This document shows, piece by piece, positions 13,980 through 25,500 of a DNA stretch of 64,000 nucleotides (position 1 is the stretch's first letter; each line of letters starts with the position of its first letter). Made by a program: the position numbers and the translations under genes. The notes beneath the pieces were generated by a model that was not told where the DNA came from, ran no database searches, and saw only the letters and a program-made list of their open reading frames with translations. This stretch comes from Amoebophrya sp. A120 (taxonomy: Eukaryota > Protista > Dinoflagellata): contig CAJINV010000002.1 of assembly GCA_905178155.1 (NCBI GenBank), positions 9,249,412 through 9,313,411 of the forward strand, given 5' to 3'.

Positions 13980-15751
13980 ATGAGCATGGCGCCAATTCTC
14001 CAACTGTTTCTAACAGAGATCGAGTCAGTGCGTGGTGGAATGATGGACCTGAACAACCAGTTGGTCGGACTGAAAGGCCAGGTCGGAAAACAAGTCGACG
14101 AAAGATTATCGAAGTTCGACGCCCGTTGGAACGCATATTTAAGCTGGCGTATTGCTCCCTAATACATAGGTCTGATTGACTTGTTGTCTTCATCACTTCA
14201 ATTTTTTTATCCTGCGTCATGGTCAGTTCTTGCGATAGCGATAGACAGAGACACTGAATGGCACTGCGGTTTCCGTCACGTATACTTTCCTTGGACATCA
14301 TAGTTGGGAAACAAGTGATGCATCTTTCAAGAAAATTGTTATCAGAAGGTCGGATCATGCACAAATTCAAATGCCGCTTTCAGGTGAATTAAGTGTCAAG
14401 GCGCATTTAGAGGAAAATGATGTGGACGTAGATGACCTGGCGGGCGGCATGGACAAACGAGCGTTAGCGTTACTGGACATGACATCTGAACAAGTAATCC
14501 TGTCTTTTTTGGACGAGATCGGCAGTGATATGGGCGCTTGCATTAACAATCCCAATTTCACGGAGACAGACCGCAACACTGCCGCAATGGTCAAGGAACT
14601 CGTGGTATGAAATGCAAAAATGTCTGGGTCTGGAAGAGTGTGAACTTGTCATGCAGGTTTTCCATGGCCCTTGAGGTCTGGAATGCGGGACCTAGCATGA
14701 CAGAGTCTGCCAGGTCTCTTTCATGCCTATCCTGCATGAGACACTCCCTCCCAACTTGGTCGAAAGTGGACAGCTTTTGGCACTCATGCAACACAGATTT
14801 TTGCATGATTCGGATTTAGCATGAGAAAGTGCAATCTTCCAGACCCAGACATTTTTACAGTTGATACGTGGCGGAGGACAAAAAGAACCTGACTTCGAAC
14901 ATCGGCTTGTTCTGTACCCGGCGTGGAATTGCACGTACGTCTTTCCGATTTTATTTCAAGCTGGAGCTCATTCAAAATTAATACAAATCTTTCAGGAGAA
15001 GAGAAGTTTTGATGTCAGTCTAGGATATTGATGGTCATTCACTCTCTACTTGAATTCACATACAATGTTTTTCTTGTTGTAACTCGCTTGACCATGTACA
15101 TGTTCATACAACTCACTGTGTGGGCGAAATTTTAGTTTTCGTATTTGTTGTGGAGGTTTCTTTTTCATAAAAACAGCCTTGCTGGACATTGCGGAGGATA
15201 TTCTCGACATCTTGAGTCACTACAAACCGCTGCTGGAAGCAAAGGCCAAGAATGTGATCGTTATCAGCTTCCAACTCCTGCACAGGTACAGTTTCACACA
15301 CAGAAAACTATGTTCCTTATACCCACGCCCCTCTGAGCATGCTGTGCTTGTTGACACAGCATCGACTAATGTCGACCTCGACGTAGAAGAACAAGAAGTA
15401 TGAGTGCGACTCATCCTGTTATATTTTTGGCGTGCTTCTTGTCCTTTTATATTTGTCTCCGATTTCCCTGTGTCTTGAGTACTCATGGTCATGCCCTCTT
15501 CCTGAAGCACCTACGCTCATGGCAGAGTAGCACGACACGACCGTAGTGCAGTGCTCATATATTTAAGTATTATTCAAGCTCAATCTTCACTCAGGATCCT
15601 GACCGAACTATACAACGGCGTTTCGCAGCCGGACGAGCAGTATGTAGCTCCGAAGAAAATGAGCCGGGCTCTGACCGGGCTAAACAAGTGGCTCGAGCAC
15701 GTGGCGAAGATGATGGGTAGTAGTGCGGCTCCTTCTCTCCCCCATGCTTAA
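13980..15751 (+). CDS. Probable multi-exon hypothetical gene; exon structure uncertain
   Basis: Several short protein-like segments bounded by GT/AG sites (e.g. tttcag|gtgaa ~14383, gcac|gtacgt ~14935, cacag|gtaca ~15286). One introner at 14606 interrupts a segment that rejoins in frame (KELV-AEDKK). Confidence 0.4.
14606..14866. mobile_element. Introner, family A (261 bp)
   Basis: TAT...ATA; TIR core aaaaatgtctgggtctggaag; direct repeat cgtgg/cgtgg; closely similar to 20707-20967. Confidence 0.9.
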
Positions 15752-16899
15752 ACGCTGGCGTTGGACAGCAGCACTGAGCCCTTTCCTCTCACAGTATGTT
15801 TCCTCTCACAGTTGTATCTTCATGCAGGTACAAGCGCGTGTGGCTGTCGGTGTGTGTAAGTCATGAATCTGAGTTTGTTGTAGCATAGCTATGAACGACA
15901 AGTCAAGCAACTAGTATCTCGATGCACACCGCAAAAGTGGTCCGTGTTATTGTGTGCCTAGTTGTTTGGTGCCTGTAGTTATCGTTGTAATCATGGCGCA
16001 CAAGTTTACTAGACCTAGAGCACAATGTTTATACCGGGTATACTAAATGACTGACATCTACTATCGATATTTATTTTTGTCTGATTTTTTGGACAGCGAT
16101 TGCGACACTGAGACATGCACATGCTCCTCACACTTCCACGGTCATAACAAATCCATCGCTCTGCTTTAGGCTTTACCTCCCTCTTCGAACCTTCGAATAT
16201 CAAAAGGACAATTACGCAGTTTCGCCAGACTGAGACTGTGTTCGCAGCTTCTACATGTTTATGGAGATAAAATCCAAATGGTGTTTCTTGGCTTCATAAT
16301 TGATTCCATACCTTCTGTACACAATGCCGCTTTTTCAAGCTGAGCAGATGCAACAGTATATCGTGTCCGTTTTGGATTATCCGAATCAAGTCAAGCACCG
16401 GCTGACGAAGGCACGGTCGGAGTGTTCTACTTGCGGCACTCCCCTACGGTGCTCCAGCGCATGCTAGTCTACGCCGCCCCCGCGACTCGACGGTGGCTTT
16501 GGGGGATTGCGTGTTCCTCCCGCGCGCAGGACAGGTCCCGCGATCTCCGTTGCCGCGCGACCTATTGCGGGCGGTAGCAGGACCGGGCCGGTTTTTAGGA
16601 GCAGGGCCGGCCTATTGCGGGCCGGTTACAAGCAGTAGCAGGATGTTGAGGCCGGCCCGTGTGTTGCCACGGCTTTGTTCACCGGGGCGGAGAACAGCAG
16701 CGCGGGGGGCAGCGAGGCGCAGGGTGCTACTGGATGCGCATGCGTTAGGCCTGCCACCTCCCCTCCTCCGAATCCATGCGGGTCATGCTCTGGCAGGCAG
16801 TGAGCCGGTTGGCGGTCTTTTGGGCGATGCTGCAGGCGCGCGAGCCCTTTCGCGTTCCTACGTGTGGGCGCAGGGCCCACCCCCACGGTGCCGGCCGCC

Positions 16900-17163
16900 C
16901 GTTTCTGAGTGTCTCTGACTGTCTCAGGCAGCTTGTCAGTCTGCCGGCCGCTTCATATTAGCTACACACAGTGGCATTCCCATTCGGCGTTTTGTCTGTG
17001 CGGTGTGCGGCAACCCATCACGGCAACGTTTCTGTGTCCCTAATCCCGCTCCGGAATTAGTGGCCGCAGTGCGCCGCGGTGCATATTTATAAACACATCA
17101 TGCGAATTTGCTCCTTGTCCTTGTGTTCATCGTTGTACTGCTGTCCTCCGCCAAGATTTGATG
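16900..17163. repeat. Diverged non-coding repeat, copy 2
   Basis: Homologous to ~12400-12655; both copies lie just upstream of a uL16m start codon. Confidence 0.65.
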
Positions 17164-17327
17164 TGACCTCCCGTGTTGTGGACTTTGACCTGGCCGACCA
17201 CACCATGGCTTGTTGGTAGGTGTTTCTGACAAATGTTTTTGCACAGCAAAGCGAAAGCAATAGTGGTAGAAGTCCTCATCCACCTCTCTCTCTTCTGGTT
17301 TAACATCCACAGCAGCTAGTAGACAGC

Positions 17328-18946
17328 ATGCCAGTCGGTCCCGTCCGTTACAAAGCGCCCTTGCCGGTGCGCTTCAAGGTGAACAAAGGGCGACTGTTGT
17401 TCCAGAAGGACCCAGAGGTGAAGATCGGGAAGTCCATCGTCGCGGCGCAGCAGCAATGTGTGACCGCCCACCACCTGGAAACCGCGAGGCGGATGCTGCG
17501 CAAGTCCCTCGGCAAGGACAAACCCTTTCTGATGAACGTGCACGCGACTTTTGCCCGGACGAAAAAGTCCCAGGGCGTGAAGATGGGAAAAGGGCAGGGA
17601 GCGATCAGCTACTTCGTCGCCCGCGTCTCCGCCGGCAAGCCGATCATCACGGTGCCGACTCTCGCGAAATTCCCGGGCGTGCCGGCGAACCTGTACACGC
17701 TGAAGTGCATTGTGTATCGAAAGCAAAAATCCCCCCTCCCCATATCGAAAACGAAATTTGTGATGCTGTATTTGAGGTCACAAATCAGATTTGTCTTGCT
17801 GGCGAGGACTGCAGGCCCATATCAGGCCTGAGTAGACAAGTTTTGGCCTAGGCGCTTCGCATGGCAGACGTCTACGCTGTAGGAGCAACAGCATAACAAA
17901 CCGCCTGTAGAATGTGGCGGAGCCTGTAGACTTGCCTTCATGCAGTACAGCGACGATTTGTGGTCTCAAATCTGCATCGCAAATTTTCAGAAGTGTCCCG
18001 GTTTGGTATGGGGAGGGGGGATTATTCCTCACAATATTGTAGACATCATGCCCATGGCCTGTCGGTTGCGGGAACAGTATAACCACTTTATCAGAATGAA
18101 AAATGCCCCCACCGCCACCCCCGAACTTGAAAGCATTTGTATTGCAAACCTTTCCAAATGAAACATTCGCCCTCTTGCACCTATCAGCATCACAGGTTTC
18201 CAACCGTGAATAGCAAAAATTTGTATTGCAAAAGACCCCAGCAAGAGCGGCGCTTGTCATGCAAGCGATGCGATACACGCCTAGACTCCGCATCAGAAAG
18301 ATTCATACTCGTTTCATGCATGACAAAAAGTTTTCATTTGGAAACTCCGCATCACAAATTTTTGCAATTTGAGGGGTGGGGGGCACTTTTCACTGTAATA
18401 CACTTTCCGGAGTTTCGAAACCCCAGACCCTGCATCGCGCTTGGCGGGAACCGGGTGGACGGGAAACAGTTCGAATCTTTGAAGGAAGTTGGAGGAGGAG
18501 CTTCTCCACCGGAAGTAGATGAATCACTGCGATTGCAGATTGAATCTGTGCCTTCGACGGAGGACGCCGAGGACGCTGCAGAAAGAACTACAACCGGAAG
18601 CGAAGATACAGGCACGAACCTAGCCGCTGTCGCGGATGAGGAAGATGTTCTTGCACCATCGAAAACTGATGCACTGGCACCAGCCGCAAGAACCGCAGTT
18701 CATGATCCGTCGGCATCTTCAACAAGGAGCCAAGATAACCTCGGCGTGGTGAAATTGAAACACCGCAGACATGTTTCCGAGCTTGGCCTTGAAAGTCAGC
18801 GGTACGGAGCTTCCACGCGAGGGCAATGCACGGAGGTGGCTCGCTTGAACTTGTCAAAAACTGCATCGCGATTGGCAGTTGGGGGAATAGGTGGAAGACT
18901 TTTTGCGGCCGCTGCGGGGAAAGAGCTGAGAAGAAGATTTTGTTGA
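17328..18946 (+). CDS. MRPL16: Mitochondrial/bacterial-type ribosomal protein uL16 with C-terminal extension, ~324 aa, split by two introners
   Basis: Motif KMGKGQGAISYFVARVSAGKPI matches the uL16 signature (RMGKGKG...VA.V..G.IL). Spliced length 975 nt = 325 codons. Confidence 0.85.
17715..18036. mobile_element. Introner, family D (322 bp)
   Basis: TAT...ATA; TIR core aatcccccctccccata; direct repeat ttgtg/ttgta; removal gives KCIV-DIMP; homologous to 54599-54920. Confidence 0.9.
18089..18400. mobile_element. Introner, family F (312 bp)
   Basis: TAT...ATA; TIR core tgaaaaatgcccccacc; direct repeat cactt/cactt; removal gives YNHF-PEF; homologous to 44754-45179. Confidence 0.9.
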
Positions 18947-19593
18947 AAACCAAAGTTGAAACTTTTTTGCGCACAGGACAAACGTTTTTTCACTTCTGCA
19001 AGTAGTTGTCAAAATTATTGCGATGAGAATTGTACTGCCATAAAGCCACTTCCACTGGACCTACCTAGCCGTTTCATCGTGCTGCCTCGCTGTCATTGCA
19101 AGGCAGTGGGATCTCAAGGTCAAGCTTTCATTCTGTTTCTCGTACAATCGAAAACGCAACAAGGCGATCGCCAGGTTCATTTGCCTTTTTCACGGATCTT
19201 GCTTTTCGATCCGCAGCGAAATCCTAACAACGTATAGAGGGAAACAGAGAGGCGCGCCATAATGTGCATTGTATTTTGTTTCATTTTGTTTCTGCTGCAA
19301 CATCAATATCAATTCGAAGGGAACAGCAGTACAAAGATCAATTTTCTTGTGGATTGATTTATTACTCTGAGAGTTGCTGAGGAATCGAGTGAACAACGAG
19401 ACTCGTGTCCTCAAAAAAATGGTAAGAACCATGTTTGCTTGACGTTTTTCGTCGTTGTTTCTTGTGCCTCCATTGTTCTTGCACCGCCGTCCGCGAACAA
19501 GGAACGCGCTGTGTCACAAACTAAGGAACCGCATCAAACCGCTCCACGTGAACTACAGCTCCCGCCGAAGTACAAGAAGAACTATTCGTGAAG

Positions 19594-22500
19594 ATGGGCA
19601 AGAAAAAGAAGGATAAGAAAGACAAAAAGAAGAAAGACAAGAAGAACAAAAAAGACAAGAAGGAGGACAAGGAGGAGAAAAAGGTCAAAAAGCCGGAGAA
19701 AAAGACCGAAAATGTCAAGAAGATGGAGAAGATTGAGGCGCGCAAGCGCCAGGAGTGGAAGGATCGTGGCGTTGCGCACTTGGGCCAGGTCCCGCTCTCC
19801 CAACGCGGACAGGGCAAGAAGGCGAGACTGGAGCGGTCCTCTGCGAAGGGCGTGCACGACGAGTACACGATCGGGTTCACGATTCACGAGGTCCGGGACA
19901 TGCTCACAAGTGACGGAAAGGCGATCGACCCGTTGGTGGTGGTGCGGTGCGCGGGGAACACGTATGTTTCCCAGAAAAAGGAGCACAAGCGCGACCACGT
20001 CTCCTTCGAGGAGTCCTTCACCTGGTCGGCGATGAAGATGATGCAGAGCCAGTTCGTAACTCAAGTAAAAACGTCCCCACCCCATAGTTGTCATGCAGAT
20101 TTGCAGTTGCAGCCAGATTTGTAATGCGCAACCCCATGAGCATGAGAGGCATTTCCAATCGCGTTTTTGGACTTTGTAACGCTGTAACCAGGATAAGTAG
20201 ATGGATTTGTGTTGCGGCTGTACTTCCTAAAGGGCACTACAATACAGAGACGAACTTGATGTCATTCTTGACTCCCACAGTCTGTTTATGTCATGCTTGT
20301 TGACCCCCAAAACTTCTCGATTTGTGTTGCGAGATCCCCATCTTGACTCTGGGGTGGGGACGTTTTTGCTCAGGATAGTTCGACGGCGCCTCGCTCCTGT
20401 TCGAGCTCCAGGCGGGGCGGATCTTCTGGGCGAACGAAGTGCTCGGGCGCGCTATTGTCAGTTGCCCGCTGGTTCGGTCCCGAAAGAACCACTCCTTCTC
20501 CCGCCGGTGGGTCGACATCCGCGACGGGATTCGGCACCGGGGCCGGATCTGCGTGTCCGCCACGTGCTACGCGTCCGGGGATCAAACAGGGATGGACAAG
20601 GAGGAAACGGAATCCGAAGGCGATATCGACGAGGCCATGGAGGATTTGAACAAGCTGGTGATCAACCAAGTGACCGACGCGTCGATCAAAGCGCAGATGA
20701 AGCTCCTATCAAATGTAAAAATGTCTGGGTCTGGAAGAGTGTAAACTTGTCATGCAGGTTTTCCATGACCCATGAGGTCTGGAATGCGGGCCCTAGCGTG
20801 ACAGAGTCTGTGAGGTCTCTGCCATGCCTATCCTGCATGAGAAACGCCCTCCAAACTTGGTCGAAAGTGGACAGCTTTTGGCACTCATGCAACACAGATT
20901 TCTGCATGATTCAAATTTAGCATGACGAGTTGCAATCTTCCAGACCCAGACACTTTTGCAATCCATAGCTCCGCCAGGCCTATTACGTCGTCGTGCAGGT
21001 TCACAGACTGGAGGGTCTTGGAGGTTTAGGTTTGAAATCGAGAAAATTCAATCCGTACGTGGAGGTTTCCTTCGCCGGCAGGCGTTTGCGGAGCAGCGTG
21101 TCGTTTCAAACGAAAAGTTGCAACTTCAACGAGGGTTTTCAGTTGCCCGTGATCACCCCGTTGTTTGATGATTCGATCGTGATCAAGATCAAAGACTACT
21201 TGATCGGGCGGAAGGACAAAGTGTTGATCCAGGGTATCCTGAGTAAAAACGTACCCACACCAGAGTCAGGATGAGGATTTTGCAACACAAACCTAGGAGT
21301 TTTGTGAGTCACGCATGACAAGTTGCGCTATGCAGTGTAGTGCAGGTTAGCAAGTGCAGCCGCATCACAGATTCATCTGCTCATCCTGTTCACAGCATCA
21401 CAAATTCCAAAACACGATTGGAAATGGCTCTCGTGGGGATGCGCGTCAAAAGTCTTCCTGTCTTTGCAAATCTGCATTACAACTCTGGTGTGTAAGTAGA
21501 CCATTAGCCTTCACAGATTGCATGAGCTTAGAGGCCCGACGTAGTCAGTGGCTTTCCTCGACGTTTTCAATTTTCACCTATTTCGTTCCTGTTTTGATTT
21601 TGCCTATTTCGAGTATCTAGATCGAGCCTCGGCGCCCTGTGTGCCTGGAGGCGCGTTTCACAAAAATGACCTGGCGAGGGCGCTTCGGGAAGACCCCGTC
21701 TGACCGTCTCACGCGCACACCTGAAGACGGTAGAGGAGTGGCTCGCGGGCTCGAGGCGGACGAGGAGACTAGCGGCCGCGATCCTGCCTCCGGCGCCGAA
21801 CCGGACTACGAAAGCAGACCAGGGCAGGAGTTCTGGAAAGGGTTAAGTTCACCATGCCGCCGGTCGATTAAGCAGATCGGGTAGGCTTCGGCAAACGGAC
21901 ACCAGCGCCAGGCTTCACGCGGATGCCCCCCAGCTCGCCCAAGCCAATAGCAACAAGCTCAATCGAGTCTTGTTCCCCAGCGCAATAGATGCGACGTAGG
22001 GGCGCACAATAGATGCGAGCTCAAGGCTTGGCATCGCTGGGGGAGATGGTGCGTTGCCCACGACACTGGAATACGCCCGCCGAAAGAACCGGCTGCGGTG
22101 TGGGCCGAGACCCTACGGGCACGCGCGAGGAGGTTACAGCGTCAGCCCTCGCAGCGACTTTCTCCCCGCGCTTGCAGCGCGTGGCCATGAAGTGACAGAG
22201 TCCTCCAGTGCTGCCTCTCTCGCATATCTTTCCTTCACTTGTCTGTGTAGATGAAGATGGACTTCGTCTTGCATAAAATATGTCCGCATAAAGAAGCCTC
22301 GCATTCTCCCCAGAGTAAGTAGCCGGAAGGTAGTTCGAAGGACATCTTAGGCATGCGCGCGTCGCTATCTGCCTCTGGTGTTTGCAGCCTTCTGAATAGT
22401 AACGTAATGGAGTTGTTGCCGCAGGTATCAGTATGGTAATTATAACTGAAGACCTGGACTTCTCCACTCATAGTGTTAGCGTGTTGGATGTGGGCGTGAA

Positions 22501-25500
22501 ACTGTTGGCAAAAGGACTAAGTGTTGCTGCGAAAAGTTAGGCTGGTTGTGAGACAAGTATGGTTGGTTGCGGATTTCGTATGGTTAGCCTTTCAGCTACG
22601 TTGCTGGATTTCGGGCCGGGTGTCCCTCGCTTTTCTTTATTCTCTATTTTCGATTACCGTATTCAACTTTTATGTCTTCCTGAAGGGCCGCATCCCTTCT
22701 AGTTATTTTCCTTCACCAGAGCTCCAGGTAGTTTATGCGTGATCCCTGGTTTTCCGACAGAGCACTGTCTTGCATGCGTCAGGAAAGCCGCCTTGGGTGC
22801 CACGGTACTTGAGGACGTGTTATATGTCTCGGGCGCACGTACATACTAGCCTGCAGGGACGGCGGAGCCGGAAAAAAATTGCGAAAAAGTGAGGAGTATG
22901 GCAGGTTGCGAAAGAGTATGGTAAGTGGCCGGGAGATGATGGTGATGGCACTTCGGTGTCCGCCTGACCTACCCCCCCTGCGTGTCAAGCCATCTGCGGC
23001 CTGGGGCAGAGGGGGGGGCAAAGTGTGCTGCAATTCCTTTAGCATTACAACTCTGGTGTGGGTACGTTTTTACTCAGGATACAGGGGCGGCTTTCCTTCT
23101 CCTCGCTTCGGAACACCACCCTGTCCCCGCGGTTCTTCAACTTCTACTCGTTCCCGCCCGAGGAGATCCACAACCCCGTGGAGTTCATCGCCCAAACGGG
23201 TATGCGGTCCGAACCGAACGAGTTTTTTGGCCGCCTGCTCCTGTCGGGCCGCGCGCAGATGCTGAGCAGGCTCGCGGAGTGCCAGGACGCAATGGTGATT
23301 CCCGGGGGCGGGCGCGTGGACGAGCCGCCGCAGACCCCAAGGAGGCTGATTTTCGACGTGTTCAAGGCGTCGGGGATGCCGGGAACGCAGATTTTCGTCA
23401 CGTTGAACTTCTGCGGCTATGCATTGCAAAAGTATCATACTAGTATAAATTGCATCACAAATTCTTTCAAGAAGAAAAATGGAATTTGTAATGCGGATTT
23501 ACCCAACAAGGGATATTTGTCATGCATGATAGCAATTACTACGAGTACGATACTTTTGCACAGGATAGCCGCCGAGTCTTGACCAGTACCAGCGCGGACC
23601 GGGTTTTACCGTCTGCGAAGTTGAAGGAGCGGGAGGCGGAGAAGAAAAAAGTCGAATTAGACGAGGACGAGCAGGTCGGGGAGCGGCACGCCGGAGACAG
23701 CAAGCGGGACGTGCTTGGCGAGGCGTTGAAGCAGGAGAAAAAGAAGAAAAAGATCATGGACGCGAACGACTTGACGGACAAAATTTCAAAGAAAAAATCT
23801 CGAAAGGGGCCGGAAATCGAGGACGAAACCACGTTTCAGCACCGGCTGGACGAGCTCGCGGACATCATGCCGCTGCCGGGCGAGTTTTTGTTCAAAGCGT
23901 CCGGCGGAAACATGGAGCTCCCCGTGATGGTCCCCGACGACGCAGACCAGCAGGCCGACGTGATCATCTCCGCGTACGCGCTGTTCCAGATGCCCGCCGC
24001 GGAATCCGCGGGAAAGAAGTTGTCCGACGCGGAGATGCGGAAATTCAAGCGGATCGGGTACCACCGGATGAAATACGGGCAGTTGCAAGACCACGAGAAA
24101 AACCCGGAGCGGCCGCCAATCTGGGTCCACTTACTCCCCATGCCACACTTACCGCCGTTGATCTCCCCCGGGGCCGTTTTGATCACGCTCGGCCACCGGG
24201 ACGGCATGAAGAGAAAAAAGAAGGAGGACGACGCGACGGCGAACGTCGAAGAGGAAATCAAAAAGCACGCACGGGGCATTGACTTGGTGCAGTTTGAGCT
24301 GCGGATGGGCCTGTGTTCCTGCCGCGACTTGGCCACACCCCGCGCGGACGGCAATCGGCCCAATCCGATCGTCGAGATCCAGTGCGGCGGGGAAACCATT
24401 CTGTCCGCGCAGAAGAAGCAAACGCACCAGCCGGTCTTTGTAGAAAGGTTGATTCTGGATGTGGAATTGCCCAAATCCCGAACCTCCAACCGCATGTCGC
24501 CGGAGCCGATCGTCCTCACGGTCTACGACACGCTGGAGCAGCCGGCGACCTTACAGGAGCTGATGCGCGCGATCTACCAGCCGAAGAACTTCATCTACGA
24601 GCAGGGGCGGGTGTTAGGCCAGAAGCTGTACCACGCGATGGCGGATTTGTTCCTTGGCAAGGACATGATGCGGGAGAAGGAAAAACAGATGAACATGACC
24701 ACGAAACTGCTTATCGGCCGGTGTTTAGCGAAGGTTGACGCGTTCACCAAACCCGGCCAGTCCACGAGGATCCGGCCGCAGTGGCTGGAACTGTATGGCG
24801 GGGTCAACAACCAGACGTGGGTCGGCGATATCCTGTTCTCCGCGGAACTCGTGCGCAAAGCAGACTCGAAGCTGATCAAGAAGACGCTGATGTCGCCGCC
24901 ACGAAAACCCTGTGTGGTCCAGTTCGCGTTTCGCAGTTTGAACGAGATTCCCCCCGTGGTGGCCGAGAAAAAGAACGCGGAGGGCGGAACCGACTTGAAC
25001 GTCCTGCAGCCGGTGCAGAAACCGACGCTCGTCATCGTTGTGCCCCAGTACAGCGAGCTCGCCACGTCCGGGATGGGCAACACGTTACGCGTCGACTGGG
25101 ACCGGACGCTCGCACCGAAACATGCGCGGAACACGCAGGATTTGACCAACCCGACCTGGGCCAGCGGAAACAGTTTGACGAATTTTGGCATGTTGGAGGT
25201 GCACGCTTTGTACGTCGAATTCCCGATTGACCCCATTTGGTGCCCGATCGCGGAATATGCACTGCAAAAGCATCGTACTAGTATAAATTGCATCACAAAT
25301 TTTTGGCTCAGCATGAAAAATTAAATTTGTCATGCTAAATTACCTAAGGAACCAGATTTGTCATGCTTGTCTGGCATTCATACGAGTACAATACTTTTGC
25401 ACAGGATACGGAAATCCACATGTACGACCGCCAGTACAACAACGTCTGGGTGGGTACGGGGTATCCTGAGGAAAAACGTCCCCACCCCATAGTTGTCATG

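Noticed and set aside
14607-14819. Recurring short ORFs such as KCKNVWVWKS and [14 protein letters not shown]
   Set aside because: Translations of repeated introner sequence, not a protein family or transposase.
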